Below, one piece after another: positions 1 through 13,997 of a stretch of 64,000 nt of DNA. Source of the stretch: Octopus sinensis (Eukaryota); NCBI RefSeq assembly GCF_006345805.1, contig NC_043004.1, forward strand, positions 9,858,001 through 9,922,000. The letters run 5' to 3'. Each line of letters opens with the position of its first letter. Position 1 is the first letter of the stretch. The notes beneath the pieces are model-generated. The model saw only the letters and a list, made by a program, of their open reading frames with translations, had not been told where the DNA came from and did not search any database. The translations under genes were made by a program, and so were the position numbers.

Positions 1-309
1 ACCCAAAACGGTGCATAATGGGAAAATACCCCGAAAATAACTTAACCTTGAAAGAGGAGAAACTCTAACCTTTCTTTTAGACACATTAGTGACTTTAACT
101 TGCTAACGAAAAAATAAGAGTTGTTTTTTTACAGTAAATGCTTCTGTTTTCGTTTTTGTTAAACACAATATTTTAATCATTTAGAAATAGTTTTAAGTGA
201 ATGTGATTTCAAAAATCTAAGTTGTTTGTAAGGTAAGTATTTATATTTTAGCTTTCTTTAAACATACAATATTTCAGTGTTTTTTTAAAGTAATTTTCAA
301 GTGAATATA

Positions 310-573
310 GTGAGTGAATGATACAGTGAGACAGAGAAGAGAGAGAGAGAGAAAGAGTGAGTGAGTGAATGAGTGAGTGAGTGAGTGAGTGACTGAGTGA
401 GTGACTGAGTGAGTGACTGAGTGACTGGGTGAGTTAGTGAATGATACAGAGAGACTGAGAAGAGAGACAGACAGACAGACGGACAGACAGATAGAGTGAG
501 TGAGTGAATAAGTGAGTGATTGAGTATGCGAATGAGGGAGTGATTGAGTGAGTGAGTGAGTGAATGATACAGG

Positions 574-618
<45 letters not shown>

Positions 619-650
619 GCAGACAGACAGACAGACAGACAGACAGAGTA
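310..650. repeat. Compound (GAGT)n/(GA)n/(GACA)n microsatellite
   Basis: Directly visible; explains ORFs 274..720 and 560..862. Confidence 0.95.
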
Positions 651-1148
651 ATGAAAAGAGAAGGCGAAAGAGAATAAATGTGAAAAATCTACATCGACAC
701 AGAACCAAGCCTCTTAACATTTTGTTTCACCTTTTTGTTCAAAGTCGTTGTGGTTGTTACTCTTGTTATTCTTGTTCCTATTCTTCTTGTGGCATTTCTT
801 TCTTCTTCTTCTTCTTCTTCTTCTTCTTCTTCTTCATCTTAAACGGCTGTTTAACGACATGATTGAGAAAGCAGTAATAGCAGACGAACACACCGAGACC
901 AACTCCCCAAAGCCACATATTTACTTCGTCTCTTTTGTTCCAGTTCTACTCTACAGTTTATCTCAGCGTGACTCTACCTACAACTTCCTTGCTCTTCCAT
1001 ATTCTGCTTATACTCCCCCTCCTCCCTCCTACACACTTCCACTACTTCCAAACTTATCTTCTCTTAACAACAAACATACGTTCGCACTCATAAACAACAT
1101 AAATAACATATTGTATATGAATAACGATCTCTACATATATCTGTATCA

Positions 1149-1207
<59 letters not shown>

Positions 1208-1437
1208 TCTCTCCTTTTTCGTACCATTTTCTCTCTCTCTCTTCCTCACTCTGTCTATTTCTTTATGATTTAAATATCTGCATATACTTACACACTCAAC
1301 ACAAACATTTACAACGGTATAGAATTACCTATAGGCAGGTATACACTCACACAGATGCTCGTATAAGACATATACGTATATGTATGCGTGTGTCTATATA
1401 TATGCATACACACACATGCACACACACGCACGCATAC

Positions 1438-1479
<42 letters not shown>

Positions 1480-1481
<2 letters not shown>

Positions 1482-1930
1482 GTTCTTGAAAGAATTCAAG
1501 CCGGTCGCTAACAAAGCGACAAGGTTTTTTTTTTATTTGAGAGAGTTTCCAGTGTTTGTAAATATGAGGTTCAGTTGGTGTGTTGGTTGGCTTGTTGGTG
1601 CATACACCAAAGTGTGTGCATCTATTAACATAAGAATTTCAGATGGAGAATCTTTGGAATGTCATGCAAATTTTTATTGTGCCATTAATAGACTGGATTT
1701 GGAGAATCCGCATCAGTTTCTTTAGTTCTTTCTCCGTGAAACCGAGCATTTCTAAGTTTTGTGCAAATCTGTTACTACATAATCTATGAGGATAAATACC
1801 AATGATAATTCATAGTCAGGGTGCAAGAGGTATAAGCTCCGCATTAATTCGCCATAAACGTTCCGTTTATCTTGGACTTTTAATTACATATTCACATCCG
1901 TTGAACAATTGACCTCTACAACATGTCTAT
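1480..1930 (-). mobile_element. 3' fragment of RLE non-LTR retrotransposon, R4/Dong-like family B
   Basis: Minus strand reads KLMRILQIQSINGTIKICMTF, homologous to ...IQSITGTVKVCKTF (22209..22508) and ...IQSVGGTIKICKTFLKF (25615..26139). DNA also resembles 24440-24660. Confidence 0.8.
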
Positions 1931-2059
1931 AGTTGTACATAACATTCAAGAAGGCTTCGGACCTATGGCTTTTGGCTACATGGCTCTCTTTGTTCCTAGG
2001 GATAAGAGTGGTCCGTGCAACCGTCAGCTAATCTTGTACATCTAGCTCAGTTTCTTTTA

Positions 2060-3114
2060 TTTTATTTTTTCTATTTTAAAAAGGTTCGTGAGAAGTTCCC
2101 TGTAGAATGTGAGCTTTTTTGTAGCAGTAGCTTACTTTCAGATCTCTCCAGTTGATTTTCCATTCGGCAGCTTCATAGGGATCATCAGGAGTGTTTCATT
2201 GGTAATGTTATACGTTTTGGGAGAGGCATTTACACAATACTCACTTCGTGGTCGTTTAACCATGCTGCATCGCAGTTGTGTGCCCAATGCTTACATTACA
2301 GATTCCTCTCGGTCTTCCTGGGGAGGAATATTTACTACCTTGATGGTATCGCCTTTCATATTGCGATATACAGCTTGTGGATTTCGGGGAAACTTTCGGG
2401 TTATCATTCTTCGTTCATATCATTTTTGACAATAACGAAGCTTTTCACTTACCGCTCGTAGATCGTGTTTGAAGGTGACAAGTTTGCCCGTGACTGTTTC
2501 TCAGCAGAAATTCCCATACAGTTTGGAAATATCTGTCCTGCAGTCGTAGCTGGATATTCGTGAACGCATTTTAACTTTTACATTTGATGACAGTGTCCAA
2601 CAGTCCTATCTTTTTTCTTGACCGTTGTTGTTATTTTGGAAGGAGGTGATCCAATTTGGTTCTGTATTATCCTCTGCATCGGTCCCTCTTAATCCCATCT
2701 ATTGGTGCACAATTACTGCGCTACAATATAGCAGAACATTAATTGTCCAAAAGTTGGGAGTTTGGTTTTGAGCCGCTTGTTCTCTAGCAATTCCGTTGAT
2801 AACGGATAACATCAGGTCAGTGGGGTTTTCTTTCCAACCCATGTTGGTATTTGCTCTCTCATGCAGTTCCTTATGTATATAATTAGTGAAATCCTGCATG
2901 AACTTCAATGCAAGCTGTAATTTTACTATTTTATATTCCTCACTTGTTCTTATAGTATCATAAATGGTTGCCACATGTCCGTGTAGTGGTGGCGGTTTGT
3001 TACTGTTATGTCTGTGTTGGTCATGTTCTTTGTCGTTCACAGTCTCTTCGCGGAAAAAAGTATGCTGTTGTTAAAATGAATATTATCCTTTGTAAATTTT
3101 GGTAGAGTGATTTT

Positions 3115-3145
<31 letters not shown>

Positions 3146-3450
3146 TCTATTGGTCAGATGACGTATTTGTTTTCCACAAATGTAGCTTGCTGGCGTAAAG
3201 GTTTTGCTGAAAAATTTGAGAATGTTGGCTATTTCTTATCCCAATAATCTTTAAGTCTCTTCCTGTAGCCTATCGAGGGATCATCCCTTGCCTTTCTGTA
3301 GAATTGATATAGCTCTTGGTTCAGTTCAAAATCCACTGGAATTTTTCTCGATAGATCCGCGATCTGCGATAGCTGACTCTGGGTTCTTTTGTCACTATGG
3401 TGTATGTATAGTAAAATTTCCACCTGGTTTGTATTTCATTGTTTGATTAC
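2060..3450 (-). mobile_element. Degenerate N-terminal/pre-RT part of an R4/Dong-like ORF (probably family B)
   Basis: Minus-strand peptides RKFPRNPQAVYRNMKGDTIKV, KLPNGKSTG, WTINVLLYCSAVIV and ELNQELYQFYRKARDDPSIGY resemble the pre-RT region of R4-clade ORFs; multiple stops and frameshifts. Confidence 0.65.
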
Positions 3451-4555
3451 TACAACGACCTTTTCATAAAAGATTGTTTCTTTGCATTTACTCAAATAAA
3501 TAAATAAATAAATAAATAACCATTTCTTTTAAAAGGCTTCTAAAAGCAAATTCACTTATAATAAAAGGTGTATAAACAGCAAACCTGCCCAGTGTTTCCA
3601 GGTATCCGATTCACAGACGCCCGTTTCTGGCTCTTCAACTTTCTTCGATAAGAGCTTCTGAAGAGAGAGAACCCTGGGCTGATTCAAAACACCAACTGTA
3701 ACTAAAAAACAGTCAACATTAGTGACTGAGGTGCGCTAGTGAACCGCCTGGTCGGAATCAAAAATAGCAGCATTAACGTTAAGCAGTGATTAGGAATAAA
3801 CGAACTGCTTGCCCAGAAAGAATATTGGCTTTCATTTTCCTGCCTCATACAATAATAAGTTTATTTACGTCGGAGTAAGACGGAGCTCGTTCCGGAAGCA
3901 GTGAATGAGAATGAAGGATGTATTCCTGGTTTGTTGAGCGTTATCAATAACGCGTACTATTCACAGCCAAACACAGCCTTGGACGAAATCTGCCAGCGTA
4001 ATGTTTTCTGTGGTTCATTATGGATCTTCCTCTCAGTTCTTTTTGTAAATGTGATCAGACGGAAGAAATGCCACTGAGCACTTTGTCCGGCGCGGTAACC
4101 ATTCAGCCAGTTTTTCGCCTTACTTACGGAGCATGTGTTGACCGTTGATTAATGAAACAAGAAACAGTCCAAACAGACCAGGTGGGGATTGAAGAGAGAG
4201 AGAGGGGGGGAGTGGCGAGAGGAAAGTGACCAGATGTGTCGGTACACTATCAAAGCAATACATACTATACTTGCCCTTGTACATCTCCAGTCAACTACTT
4301 AAGGGCCAAAATAATAACAGTAGCAACGACAACAACAACAACAATAATAAAAATGATTGTTATTATTGTAGGGTGGGTTGTAATTCTGCACCAGATTGAC
4401 CAACCTCATTGAAAACATTTGTGAATTTGCTGCTGATCACCTGCTCCAGGTCCCAGAGTGAAGGGAGAAGAGATCGTGTGCCAAATGGCCGGAAACTCAA
4501 GCCACATTGCTGTTATCATAGAAATACGAGTAGTAGCTATAGCAGCATCAGCAAC

Positions 4556-4606
<51 letters not shown>

Positions 4607-5139
4607 TGTTGTTGTTGTGTTGTTGTTGTTGTTGTTGTTGTTGTTGAGGTAGAGAAACAGTCACAGTGATGAGGAAACAACCGATTACTTGTAGCAGCAG
4701 TCGAAACATATTTAATGGGGTTTGATGATGAGTAAAAGAAGAGAGAAATAACACGACAGAGATGATGATGATGAGGAGGAGGAGGAGGAAGAGGAAGAGG
4801 AAGAGGAAGAGGAGGAGGAGGAGGAGGGCGATGGCGACGACGTCGATGACGAAAATGACGAGGAAGAAGAGAAAGAGAGCGACGACGACGACGAAGATAA
4901 CGAGGAGGAAGAAGAGAAGAGGAGGGGAGGAGGATAAAGTGGAGAAGAAAGGGAAGAGGATAAAGTGAAGGAGGAGGAGATGATGTTGATGATCGAGATG
5001 ATCTCTGCATGTAGTGCCGTGAAAGGTGAAGTAAAATCGGACATGTTTCTTTATTGTTATGCCTCTTCAGCGATGTGTATTATTACTCGTACACAACAGA
5101 CACTAAATTATTTGAAAGAGCAAATATATATATATATAT

Positions 5140-5450
5140 GTAACCTCCCGAAAGAGCTGTTCTTCACTCCTGCTCCAGAGCGTCGGCTGCGGGGGTCACT
5201 CCGAAAAGCTCTATCTGCGACGATTTCATCTCAATCGTAGGAGAAGGGCTTTCTCCGTCCGGGTTGCGGATCCGTGGAATAAGCTGCCGGACGAGATAGT
5301 GAAGATGCCGACGACCACTCGGTTCAAAGTCTCTCTTGACCAGAAATGGCCTGAACTCTTTGCATGATTACCACCCTGTACATAACTCCATGTCCCCCTA
5401 CATGGCCTTGCTTTTTGCTTTTTGAGCCAAAAAATGAACTTAACTTAACT

Positions 5451-5455
<5 letters not shown>
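5140..5455 (+). mobile_element. CR1/L2-group LINE 3' end with (AACTT)n tail
   Basis: Reads RGHSEKLYLRRFHLNRRRRAFSVRVADPWNKLPDEIVKMPTTTRFKVSLD, a typical CR1-type C-terminus, then a short 3'UTR and an AACTT tandem tail. Confidence 0.85.
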
Positions 5456-5493
<38 letters not shown>

Positions 5494-5632
5494 TGAAGTT
5501 TTACTATAGCATCGTATATTATCGACTGCTATTTCCAGTAAATATTGGTGCATTGTTGTACCACTATCCTATATTTATACTTTAACCTGATGGTGCTTTC
5601 TTTTACTGGAAGCATACTACTGTATTGCACTA

Positions 5633-5703
<71 letters not shown>

Positions 5704-5752
5704 AAAATATATATATATATAAAAAATAAAATATTTATATAAAATATATAAG

Positions 5753-5797
<45 letters not shown>

Positions 5798-5801
<4 letters not shown>

Positions 5802-6213
5802 AAATGGAGAAACAAATTCATTTCGATCATCAACTTATGGATATTACAATCTCACATTATTTATTAATTATACAAATGGGAACATCAAAATCGAACAAAA
5901 CAATAAACATCAATATGTAATATAATAATAAAAATTAAGATAATACAAATAAACTGCTCCATACACCTGTTTCTGCCTATGGTCAGGAGTCAAGCATCTA
6001 TAGGCAATTTAAGTTGAATTGACTCTTGACTATAGGCTGAAACAGCTGTAAGGAGCAGTTTATTTGTATCATTTTTATTTTTATTATTATATTACATATT
6101 GATGTATATTGTTTTGTTCGATTTTGATGATCCTATTTGTATAATTAATAAATAATGTGAAATTGGAATATACGTAAATTGATGATCGAAATGAATTTGT
6201 TCCTCCATTTTCT
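5798..6213. mobile_element. Foldback/MITE-like element with ~195-bp imperfect inverted arms
   Basis: 5798-5993 is the approximate reverse complement of 6019-6213 (gagaaaatggagaaacaaattcatttcgatcatcaa / ttgatgatcgaaatgaatttgttcctccattttctt); ~25-nt spacer; left end in (TA)n. Confidence 0.85.
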
Positions 6214-6804
6214 TATGTGTATTATGAATTTACTGTAAAAATATTTTTTACCTTCATCCATTCAATACAATAAATGAATTAATTGCATTGCAATTAAAAG
6301 CTTTTATGTATTTAGTATTTGGGTACTTTACCAGCAGTATATTAGATAACTGATATCCCATAGTGGGTTACTTTCATAATCCCTATCTTACTTTGTACTA
6401 TATATATATATATATATGCATATATGGGTACAGGACGTCGCAAAAAGGTGCAAATAACATGAAATATGTAAACAACGAGAAAGAACGGAAAACAAGACAA
6501 GTAAACACAGAAAAAGGAGTTTTCATCAGTTGTCGGCTGTCTATCTAGTCATTTCGAGCATTCAACGACAATATGCGCCTTCAAAGACAGTTGCTGCCAT
6601 AAATTCTAAAATAAAATTCAGGATTTATGGAGTGACCATGAGAGTCTACCAAGGCTTATAAAACTAAGAAGTGACTAGCATTTCTTATTGTAGATGCGGC
6701 ATTCATATTCATGTGTTGCAATTAGGTTTCCGTTCGGTGCAGAACCAAAATTTTATACTTTCATATGGATTGTGAGTCCAGAGCAACTGGAAAATATTGT
6801 ACCA

Positions 6805-7117
6805 CATACATATATACGTACATACGATCGTTCATGCATGCATGCATGCATACATGCTTGCATACGTACATACATGCATACATAATACATGCATGAATAC
6901 ATGCATACATACATGCATGCATACATAAATACATACATTCATGCATGCATGCATACATACATACATACATACATACAAACATACATACATGCATGCATGC
7001 ATGCATGCATACATTCATACATACATACATACATACATACATACATACATACATACATACATGCATGCATGCATGCATACATACATACATACATGCATAC
7101 TTACATACATACATACA
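6805..7117. repeat. (TACA/TGCA)n compound microsatellite
   Basis: Directly visible. Confidence 0.95.
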
Positions 7118-7326
7118 TGCGTCTAAAACTGAGACATCTTGTCACTAACCCTAACCCTAACCCTAAATTTTAGCCTTTCGTTTTTTTTCTTAATTGTGAT
7201 CCCTAAATTAATTTAACAATTAAGAAAAAAAAAACAAAGGCTAAAACGAAAGCAAAAACTCAAAACAAAAACAAAACGAATAATTTTAGACACACGCGTA
7301 AGGATGTTGTCTCAGTTTTAGACGCA
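7118..7326. mobile_element. Small non-autonomous element with perfect 19-bp inverted repeats and internal (CTAACC)n; MITE or Helentron-associated type
   Basis: tgcgtctaaaactgagaca (7118-7136) and tgtctcagttttagacgca (7308-7326) are exact reverse complements; ctaaccctaaccctaaccctaa at about 7145-7166. Confidence 0.65.
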
Positions 7327-9217
7327 GCAAATGATTTTAGCTCAATAGAGGCCATCGATTGGTTAAAATTCGAAAAATTAAACTACGTTAAACTTACAAA
7401 TTACTATTTTCTCAAGAAAGCCAAGAGAAAAAAATGTTTTATTTTGACACATTCTACCAGTATACGAAGTTTAAAAGTGTTTAGTTAACTAGAAATTATG
7501 TTGAAAACTGCCGTTCAAAAGGAAAAGATCCCGGAGATTTTTTCTGCATTACTTTATGGGAAAAGTTCGTTTTATGTACCATCAAATGTGCCTTTAAAAA
7601 AATGGTAGGGTATGATTTGGAAGATGTCTGACTGTTATATAGATAGCATGTCGAAATAAGTTTGGCATTGAATTGCGAGTATACGGCATTTGACGGGTTT
7701 CTTCGCAATTTCTGTGGATCCTGTTGAATTTCACCCCAAAGGTGTGGATAGATCGAAAGGTAAAAGTCATTTGCCCAAAAGCCATTTACCATACGCGACA
7801 ATGGGGTGGAATCCAAGAACTTAAAGCTGCGACGCAAACTTCTTAACCCTACAGCTATTGGTAAAAATAAAACGAAAACAAAAAGAGCACATTTACGAAA
7901 AAAAAAAAAAAGAACGGTGAAACTGAGATCTGAAAGCTATTCGGCCATGCTTGCGATTGTTTGTGGTTAAGACTAAACAACGCGAACGACGACAACAACA
8001 ATAACATCAATACAAGTAATTTAAACCAGACTAAAAGACAAAAAATAACAACCCCCGTTCCGCTAAATAGAAAAAACACAAGCAAGAAAATCAAAGCTCA
8101 TCCACAGTGACCCATCTCTCCTTTATAGTTTAAACACCTCTACAACTATTACTACCACTACTACTGTCACTACTATTAACACGACGACACCACCCAGTGT
8201 CTCGCCTCCCTCACTTATTGCGCCGAAGCCAAACGCCGACAATCTTTTCTCTAAACTCTTGATTGCTGCTCCTCAAAGACTAATTATCTTATCATATGCA
8301 CCCGTCACGGCTGACTGCCGGGAGCCGTCCAACGACGCTGTGTAGTGACACTTCCGGTCGATGATTCTGCTTTCGCCATCATTGATAGCGTTTTTGGCCT
8401 TTTTACAACGCTCTACAACTAACGAAAACAAACAGGCCGACAGCAGCCCGTCACGCTATATATATATATATATATATATATGGGTGTGTGTGTGTGTGTG
8501 TGTGTGGTGTGTGTGTGTGTGTGTGTGTGCGTGTATGCCTGTGTGTATGTATGTATATACATAAAATTACCCGCATACATACATACATATTCACACACAC
8601 ACACACATTAATACACATATGTGTAGGTATGTGTGTGTGTGTAGGTATGCATGTATGTGTGTTTGTGTGTCATGCGTGTTTGTCGATATGGTAATCGAGC
8701 AAGCAATTGGCTTTTCAGTGAACGAGGTCAAATGTCAATAGACAGCTGTTCCACAAGAATGATGATGGCGATGGCATTGACGTGAATGGTTGTTAAGGTG
8801 GTGGTGGTGGTGGTGGTGGCGGCGGCGGCGGGGATTACAGTGGTGGTGGTGGCGGCGGGGATGACAGTGGTGGTGGTGGTGGTGGTGAGAGATGTAGCTA
8901 GGGGCGAGTGTCTATCGCGGAGGTGATACGGTGGTGGCCATGGAGGGCTGATGATCGTCGTGGTCGTAATCGCGATGAGGGGTTGGGGACAAAAGAAGCC
9001 ACGAAGATGATAAAGTTGTGGTTGTAGATGACAATGACGGCCATGATAATATCGATCGTTATTGTGACGATGATGACGACGGCGGCGACGAGGATGATGA
9101 TGATGATGATGATGAATTGATGATTGAATATAACGTCGTTATTTTTGTTCTTTTTTTTTTGTTAATATTAATTTTACAAAAAGGCGATATAGTTGATGAT
9201 CGATATCCTAATGGTTC

Positions 9218-9265
<48 letters not shown>

Positions 9266-9280
9266 TATTATTATTATTAT

Positions 9281-10289
9281 TCAGTAGTCTTATTTTTATC
9301 ACGTACTTTCACTGCACTACACTACTCTGTGTGCCTTAGGTATGTGCTGTGGTTTGTGGTGATGCTCTTATGGTTGCTGTATTGAAAGTCTTTTACATAG
9401 GATGTGTGCAGTGCCCAGTAGTGCTATTTTCTGTATGTTATATATACTGCTTGTTAATCATGGTACTTTTGTGATGTATCTATGTGAATATTTTTTAATG
9501 CAACTAATGCGCCTATTATGATAGGAATTGTTTGTTTTTAGACTCCACACTCGAGTTACCTCTATTTCCAGATCTTTATATTTTGAAAGCTTCTCCGTTT
9601 CTTCTAGAGAAACATTGCCATCTGTTTGTATTGATACATCAATTAGAAAGCATTTTTCTTGGTTTTCTCTGACAACTATATCTGGCCTGTTGGCCTTAAT
9701 TTCTCTATCTGTGTGTATTGGCATATCCCAAAGTATGGTTGCTTTCTCGTTTTCTTTGACCTTTCCTGGTGTGTGCCTATACCATCTTTTTTCTGCTGCA
9801 ATTCTATAGTGTTGGCACAGCTTCCAGTGTATGTAGGTCCCAACTCTGTCGTGTCTGTGAATATATTCCATCTTAGCCAGGACTGGGCAGCCAGAGGTAA
9901 TATGATTTATTGTTTCTTGTCCATCTCTGCAAATTCTGCAGTTACTTGTTATGTTTCTTTTCATTGCATGTTTTTGGTAATTCCTGGTGGGGAAGGCTTT
10001 GGTCTTTATGCTGCAATTAAAAATCCTTCATTCTCTGCTTTGAGTTCTGAGCTTCTCAACCATTGTTGGAATTTTGCTTTCTCTATTTCTTTTGCATTTA
10101 GTTTAGCCCAGTATTTGCCATGAAGGGGCTTTTCTTGCTATCGTTTTATCATGGTCCGTTGCTGTTCCAGTTTTTGTTTGGATTTCAGTTGTTTAACAGC
10201 TTTTCTTGTTTCTTCTTTTTCTTCATAGTTGTTAGGTAGTATGACTTCTTTTTTTGTATTTGTCAGCTTCCTTAAAGAGAAGAAACAGT
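9281..10289 (-). mobile_element. 5'-truncated R4/Dong-like retrotransposon (family A) between (TAA)n arrays
   Basis: CCHC knuckle CRICRDGQETINHITSGC..RHD and RLE motif RPDIVV..LIDVSI..EKLSKYKDL; (TAT)n on both sides. Confidence 0.93.
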
Positions 10290-10290
10290 A

Positions 10291-10391
<101 letters not shown>

Positions 10392-10403
10392 TATTATTAT
10401 TAT

Positions 10404-12058
10404 TCAGTAGTTTTATTTTTATAGCGTGCTTTCACTTCACTACCGAGCACAGCTCTGTGTGCCTTGGGTATGTGCTGTGATTTGTTGTGATGCTCTGATG
10501 GTTATTGTATGGAAAGTGTTCTGCGTAGGATGTGTGCAGTGCCTAGTAGTGCAATTTTCTGTATGTTATATGTGTTTGTAAGTCCTGGTGTTTTTGTTAT
10601 GTATTTGTCTGAATATTTTTTTATCATGCCTAATGCACCTACTATGATAGGAATTGTTTCTGTTTTTAGATTCCACATTCTAGTTACCTCTGTTTACAGG
10701 TCTTTGTATTTTGAGAGTTTCTCCATTTCTTTTAGAGACACGTTGTCATCAGCCGGTATTGATACATCAATTAGAAAGCATTTTTTTTCTTCATGATCTC
10801 TGACAACTATATCTGGTCTGTTGGCCTTAATTTCTCTATCTGTGTGTATCGGCATATCCCAGAGTATGGTTGCTTTCTCGTTTTCTGTGACCTTTTCTGG
10901 TGTGTGCCTATACCATCTTTTTTCTGTTGTTATTCCATAATGTTGGCATAGCTTCCAATGTATGTAGGTTCCAACTTTGTCATGTCTGTGAATATATTCC
11001 TTCTTAGCCAAGACTGGGCAGTTAGAGATAATATGATTTATTGTTTCTTGTCCATCTCCACATATTCTGCAGTTACTTGTAATATTTCTTTTCATTACAT
11101 GTTTTTGGTAATTTCTGGTGGGGAGGCTTTGGTCTTGTGCTGCAATTAAAAATCCCTCTGTCTCTGCTTTGAGTCCTGAGCTTCTCAACCATTGCCGGGA
11201 TTTTTCTTTGTCTATTTCTTTTGCGTTTAGTTTAGTCCAGTATTTACCATGAAGGGGCTTTTCTTACCATCGTTTTATCATGGTTCGTTGCTGTTCTATT
11301 TTTAGTTTGGATTTCATTTGTTTTATAGCTTTTGTTGTTTCTTCATCTTCTTCTTCTTCTTCATGTTTATTAGGTGGTATGATTTCTTGTTTGTATTTGT
11401 CAGCTTCCTTAAATACTGAGAACAGTTTTTTGTTTTGCTCGTGTTTTGCCGCTATCTGGATCAGTTTTCTTCCTTCTGAAGTAGATATTTTTGCAGTCCT
11501 ATGGTGGTTATTTTATAGTAGTTTTCCAGCTGTATAAGGCCTCTACCACCTTCTATACGTTGTATATATAGTCTTTCTATGTCAGATTTTGGGTGATGCA
11601 TCCTAGATCCTGTCATTATTTTTCTTGTTTTCCTATCTATTTTGGTCAGTTCATTTCGTGTCCAGTTAAGGATATTGTAGCTGTAACTTATAACTGGGAC
11701 AGCTAAAGTGTTGATACCTATTATCTTGTTTTTAGCATTGAGCTCTGTGTTTAGTATCGATCTAACTCGTCTATAATATTCTTTTTTATTTTCTCTTTCA
11801 TTTGTGTGTGTTGTGTCTTATCTAGTTCATGGATTCCTAAGTATTTGTAAGTTTGGCTTTGGTCTAATTCTTTTATTTCATTGGTTTTATCTAGTGTTAT
11901 GTTGTCACTCTTAACTAGTTTTCCTCTTTTCAGGGTTACTTTGGCGCATTTTTCTAATCCAAATTTCATATCTATTTCTTTGGTAAATCCATGAACTGTC
12001 TTTAATAGTGTTTCCAGCTGTTTGTCATTTGCAGCGTATAGTTTTAGGTCATCCATAT
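10404..12058 (-). mobile_element. 5'-truncated R4/Dong-like retrotransposon (family A), RT catalytic motif to 3' end
   Basis: MDDLKLYA (RT), WLRSSGLKAETEGFLIAAQDQ, CCHC knuckle and RPDIVV..LIDVSIP; same 3'UTR as 9281; (TAT)n on both sides. Confidence 0.95.
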
Positions 12059-12078
12059 TATTATTATTATTATTATTA

Positions 12079-12129
<51 letters not shown>

Positions 12130-12130
<1 letters not shown>

Positions 12131-12880
12131 TTGTCTTCTTTTTTTATCGGCTACATTTTGAGTTCATATGGCCTTTCTCTAGCATCCCCGTACTGCGATT
12201 GTTGTTTTGAACAATTTCATCTATAAGGATTTCTTCCGTTGTCCATTCTTTTCCTAGACTTTTATTTTTATTCGTTCTGCATTGGCGTTTTACCTTCATC
12301 TTGATAAAAGTCGTTTTCGATTTTTTTTTTTCATTTTTCATTATAGTGAATTATTTGTTTTTTAACAACGATCACTTGTTTCAGGTGCACTTTGATTGCT
12401 ACTAGACATATTTTCATATTTGTATTCCAGTAATATTTGCATTCTTTCTTGTCATTTGCGTCTTTTTTGCATTGATTTCATTGAAGAGTAAGAAACATTT
12501 GCTCTTATTTTCGTTCTTTTACAGTACTTTTATGTTCCATGTTGTTTGTATATGTATTTAAATATTCTCATTTGAGATAATCCTATGGAGTACCCAGCTT
12601 TCGTCTGTTTATTCTATGCTTGTTTTCCATGTTATTTGTTTAGCTTTTGATATTCCTATAAAAGTTAATACGAGCAAAGTCTCTCTTTCCTTTGTAACTG
12701 TTATGGTTGTCGCATTTATTATCGCGCTTATACAGGTGATACTGATGTTATTGCCAGTTTTTCGTTAAATCTTTGATGGTCAACCTTTGTTTTTTACTGT
12801 CGTTATTCTGTCCTAATTAAAATTTACGCTTGAGCCGGTGTAATTGGACTATAAGACTTAAACTTACTTCTATTTCAACG
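12130..12880 (-). mobile_element. Heavily degenerate putative pre-RT region of an R4/Dong-like element
   Basis: A-rich minus strand with weak remnants resembling the R4 N-terminal region (e.g. IENDFYQDEG, KV*EKN); no long ORF. Confidence 0.35.
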
Positions 12881-13487
12881 GTATTTTCTATTAAAATTTT
12901 GCACTAAAATAGTGTTTGTTTTAGTTTGGAGGTCCAAGAATATAACTGCAAAGTATGCATGTTGTATAGAAATGTATTCCTGTTATATTCATTCATGCCA
13001 CTTTGTTTCTGTAGAGGATGTAATTCCGGTCTTATATCATCATTATCTTCAGCAGCAGCAGCAGCAACAACAGCAGCGGGATGAGAGTGGAAAACAAGAG
13101 TTGAGTCTATAGACATACTTTCAGAAGGCACATAAGTGATGACACTTAGTAATCATAAAAAATCCTGAATATTTGGTGCTTTTGGATTGGTCCGATGTAG
13201 TTCCTGTCGTGCCTCCAACATAAGAAAGCTTTTCTTTGTTGATATTGTATCATTGTTTGCTGTCGGCGGCGTCGTAATTAACTTGTTTTAATTAACAACA
13301 CTCCGTCACAAAATGGATTGAAATGTGCAGAAAACAGTGTTGCTTGGAATTGAACTGAATTCTCCACAGAGTTCTTGAAATTTGGAAAGTATTACCTTAG
13401 TTCACTGATTGTGGTGGACAGCTGGCACTTCTCCGGGGAAGTTGCTGTATTAAAGAAAGAAGCTGATAACAGCAACAGCAACAACAA

Positions 13488-13929
<442 letters not shown>

Positions 13930-13930
13930 C

Positions 13931-13993
<63 letters not shown>

Positions 13994-13997
<4 letters not shown>

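Noticed and set aside
6535-6592. Hammerhead-like motif in a PLE-type terminal fragment (CTGTC/GACAG stem I, GAAA)
   Set aside because: 5' core reads TTTGAAG and stem II has a mismatch; at best a decayed copy.
13399-13447. Minus-strand 49-nt exon-like segment and similar AG/GT pairs near 34521-34562 and 46660-46750
   Set aside because: Chance splice-like dinucleotides are expected; peptides unrecognised and strands inconsistent.
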